From: an uncultured bacterium
GTDB lineage: Bacteria > Hydrothermota > UBA3073 > NMUJ01 > CBEVQO01
Direction: 5' to 3'
Assembly: GCA_965552055.1 (NCBI GenBank)
Contig: CBEVQO010000001.1
Location: forward strand, 431,106-495,105
DNA length: 64,000 nucleotides
The notes beneath the pieces are model-generated. The model worked only from the letters and a program-made list of their open reading frames with translations. It was not told the origin of the DNA and did no database searches. Made by a program: the position numbers and the translations under genes. Positions 63,801 through 64,000 of the stretch are shown in pieces. Within the stretch, counting starts at the first letter, position 1. Each line of letters opens with the position of its first letter.

Positions 63801-64000
63801 CTACTTCTCTGACATCTCTATCCAAGACCTTAAAGTATCAGCAAAATCCTGGGGTTTTTCTTTAATTAGTTTTGTTAATTCATCTTTCAGCCTCTCAAAA
63901 GTTGGCTTCGGAGGAGGAACTTCTTTCTTCTCTTCTTTCGCCTCTTTCTCTTCCTTTTTCCTTTCCTCTTTTATTACTGGAGGGGTGGGTGGCGGGGGCG
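63801..64000 (-). CDS. fliF: 3' end of MS-ring protein FliF (partial)
   Basis: Hand translation ...PPPPTPPVIKEERK...LIKEKPQDFADTLRSWIEMSEK*, a FliF-like C-terminal FliG-binding helix directly upstream of fliG. Confidence 0.8.
   Translation of the reverse strand, partial: PPPPTPPVIKEERKKEEKEAKEEKKEVPPPKPTFERLKDELTKLIKEKPQDFADTLRSWIEMSEK

Noticed and set aside
63979..64000. G-rich run resembling the intergenic G4 element
   Set aside because: It is the antisense of Pro codons (PPPPTPP) in fliF.

Overview
A 64-kb, AT-rich, very gene-dense bacterial chromosomal segment. The lineage is inferred, not proven: Lys/Glu-rich proteins, LapA/LapB and GmhA, a T9SS-type C-terminal domain and a group II GGGP synthase suggest a probably thermophilic diderm of or near the FCB superphylum, possibly WOR-3-like. 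Positions 1-41.6 kb hold housekeeping and envelope genes (glmM/glmS, mpg, tRNA-Leu, lapAB, uvrC, recG, queDEC, pdp, gltX, GGGPS, rfbA/rfbD, hflX, a patA/pimA-like pair, the rpsP-trmD-rplS block, rpmF-plsX-tpiA-secG-rplU, ispE, gmhA) plus a secreted fibre-like protein with a T9SS-CTD partner. Positions 41.6-64 kb hold a minus-strand flagellar operon from the fliF 3' end to fliA. I saw no CRISPR array, rRNA or transposase. Most striking observations: (1) 14 of the 15 sigma70-like promoters I found have a non-canonical 15-bp spacer (TTGACA-N15-TAwAAT), and 11 appear to drive leaderless mRNAs; (2) a (CT)n microsatellite lies in a leader peptide whose stop abuts an anti-SD, a candidate phase-variable translational switch for the fibre gene; (3) FlhG is fused to an arm-less HU/IHF-like domain; (4) a dispersed intergenic element combines a GCGAAGC-type minihairpin with a G-quadruplex motif; (5) the YmdB homologue has lost several catalytic residues; (6) the hook machinery is enlarged (duplicated FlgD module, 701-aa FlgE, repeat-expanded FliK). 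All family calls come from motif recognition by eye; no searches were run.
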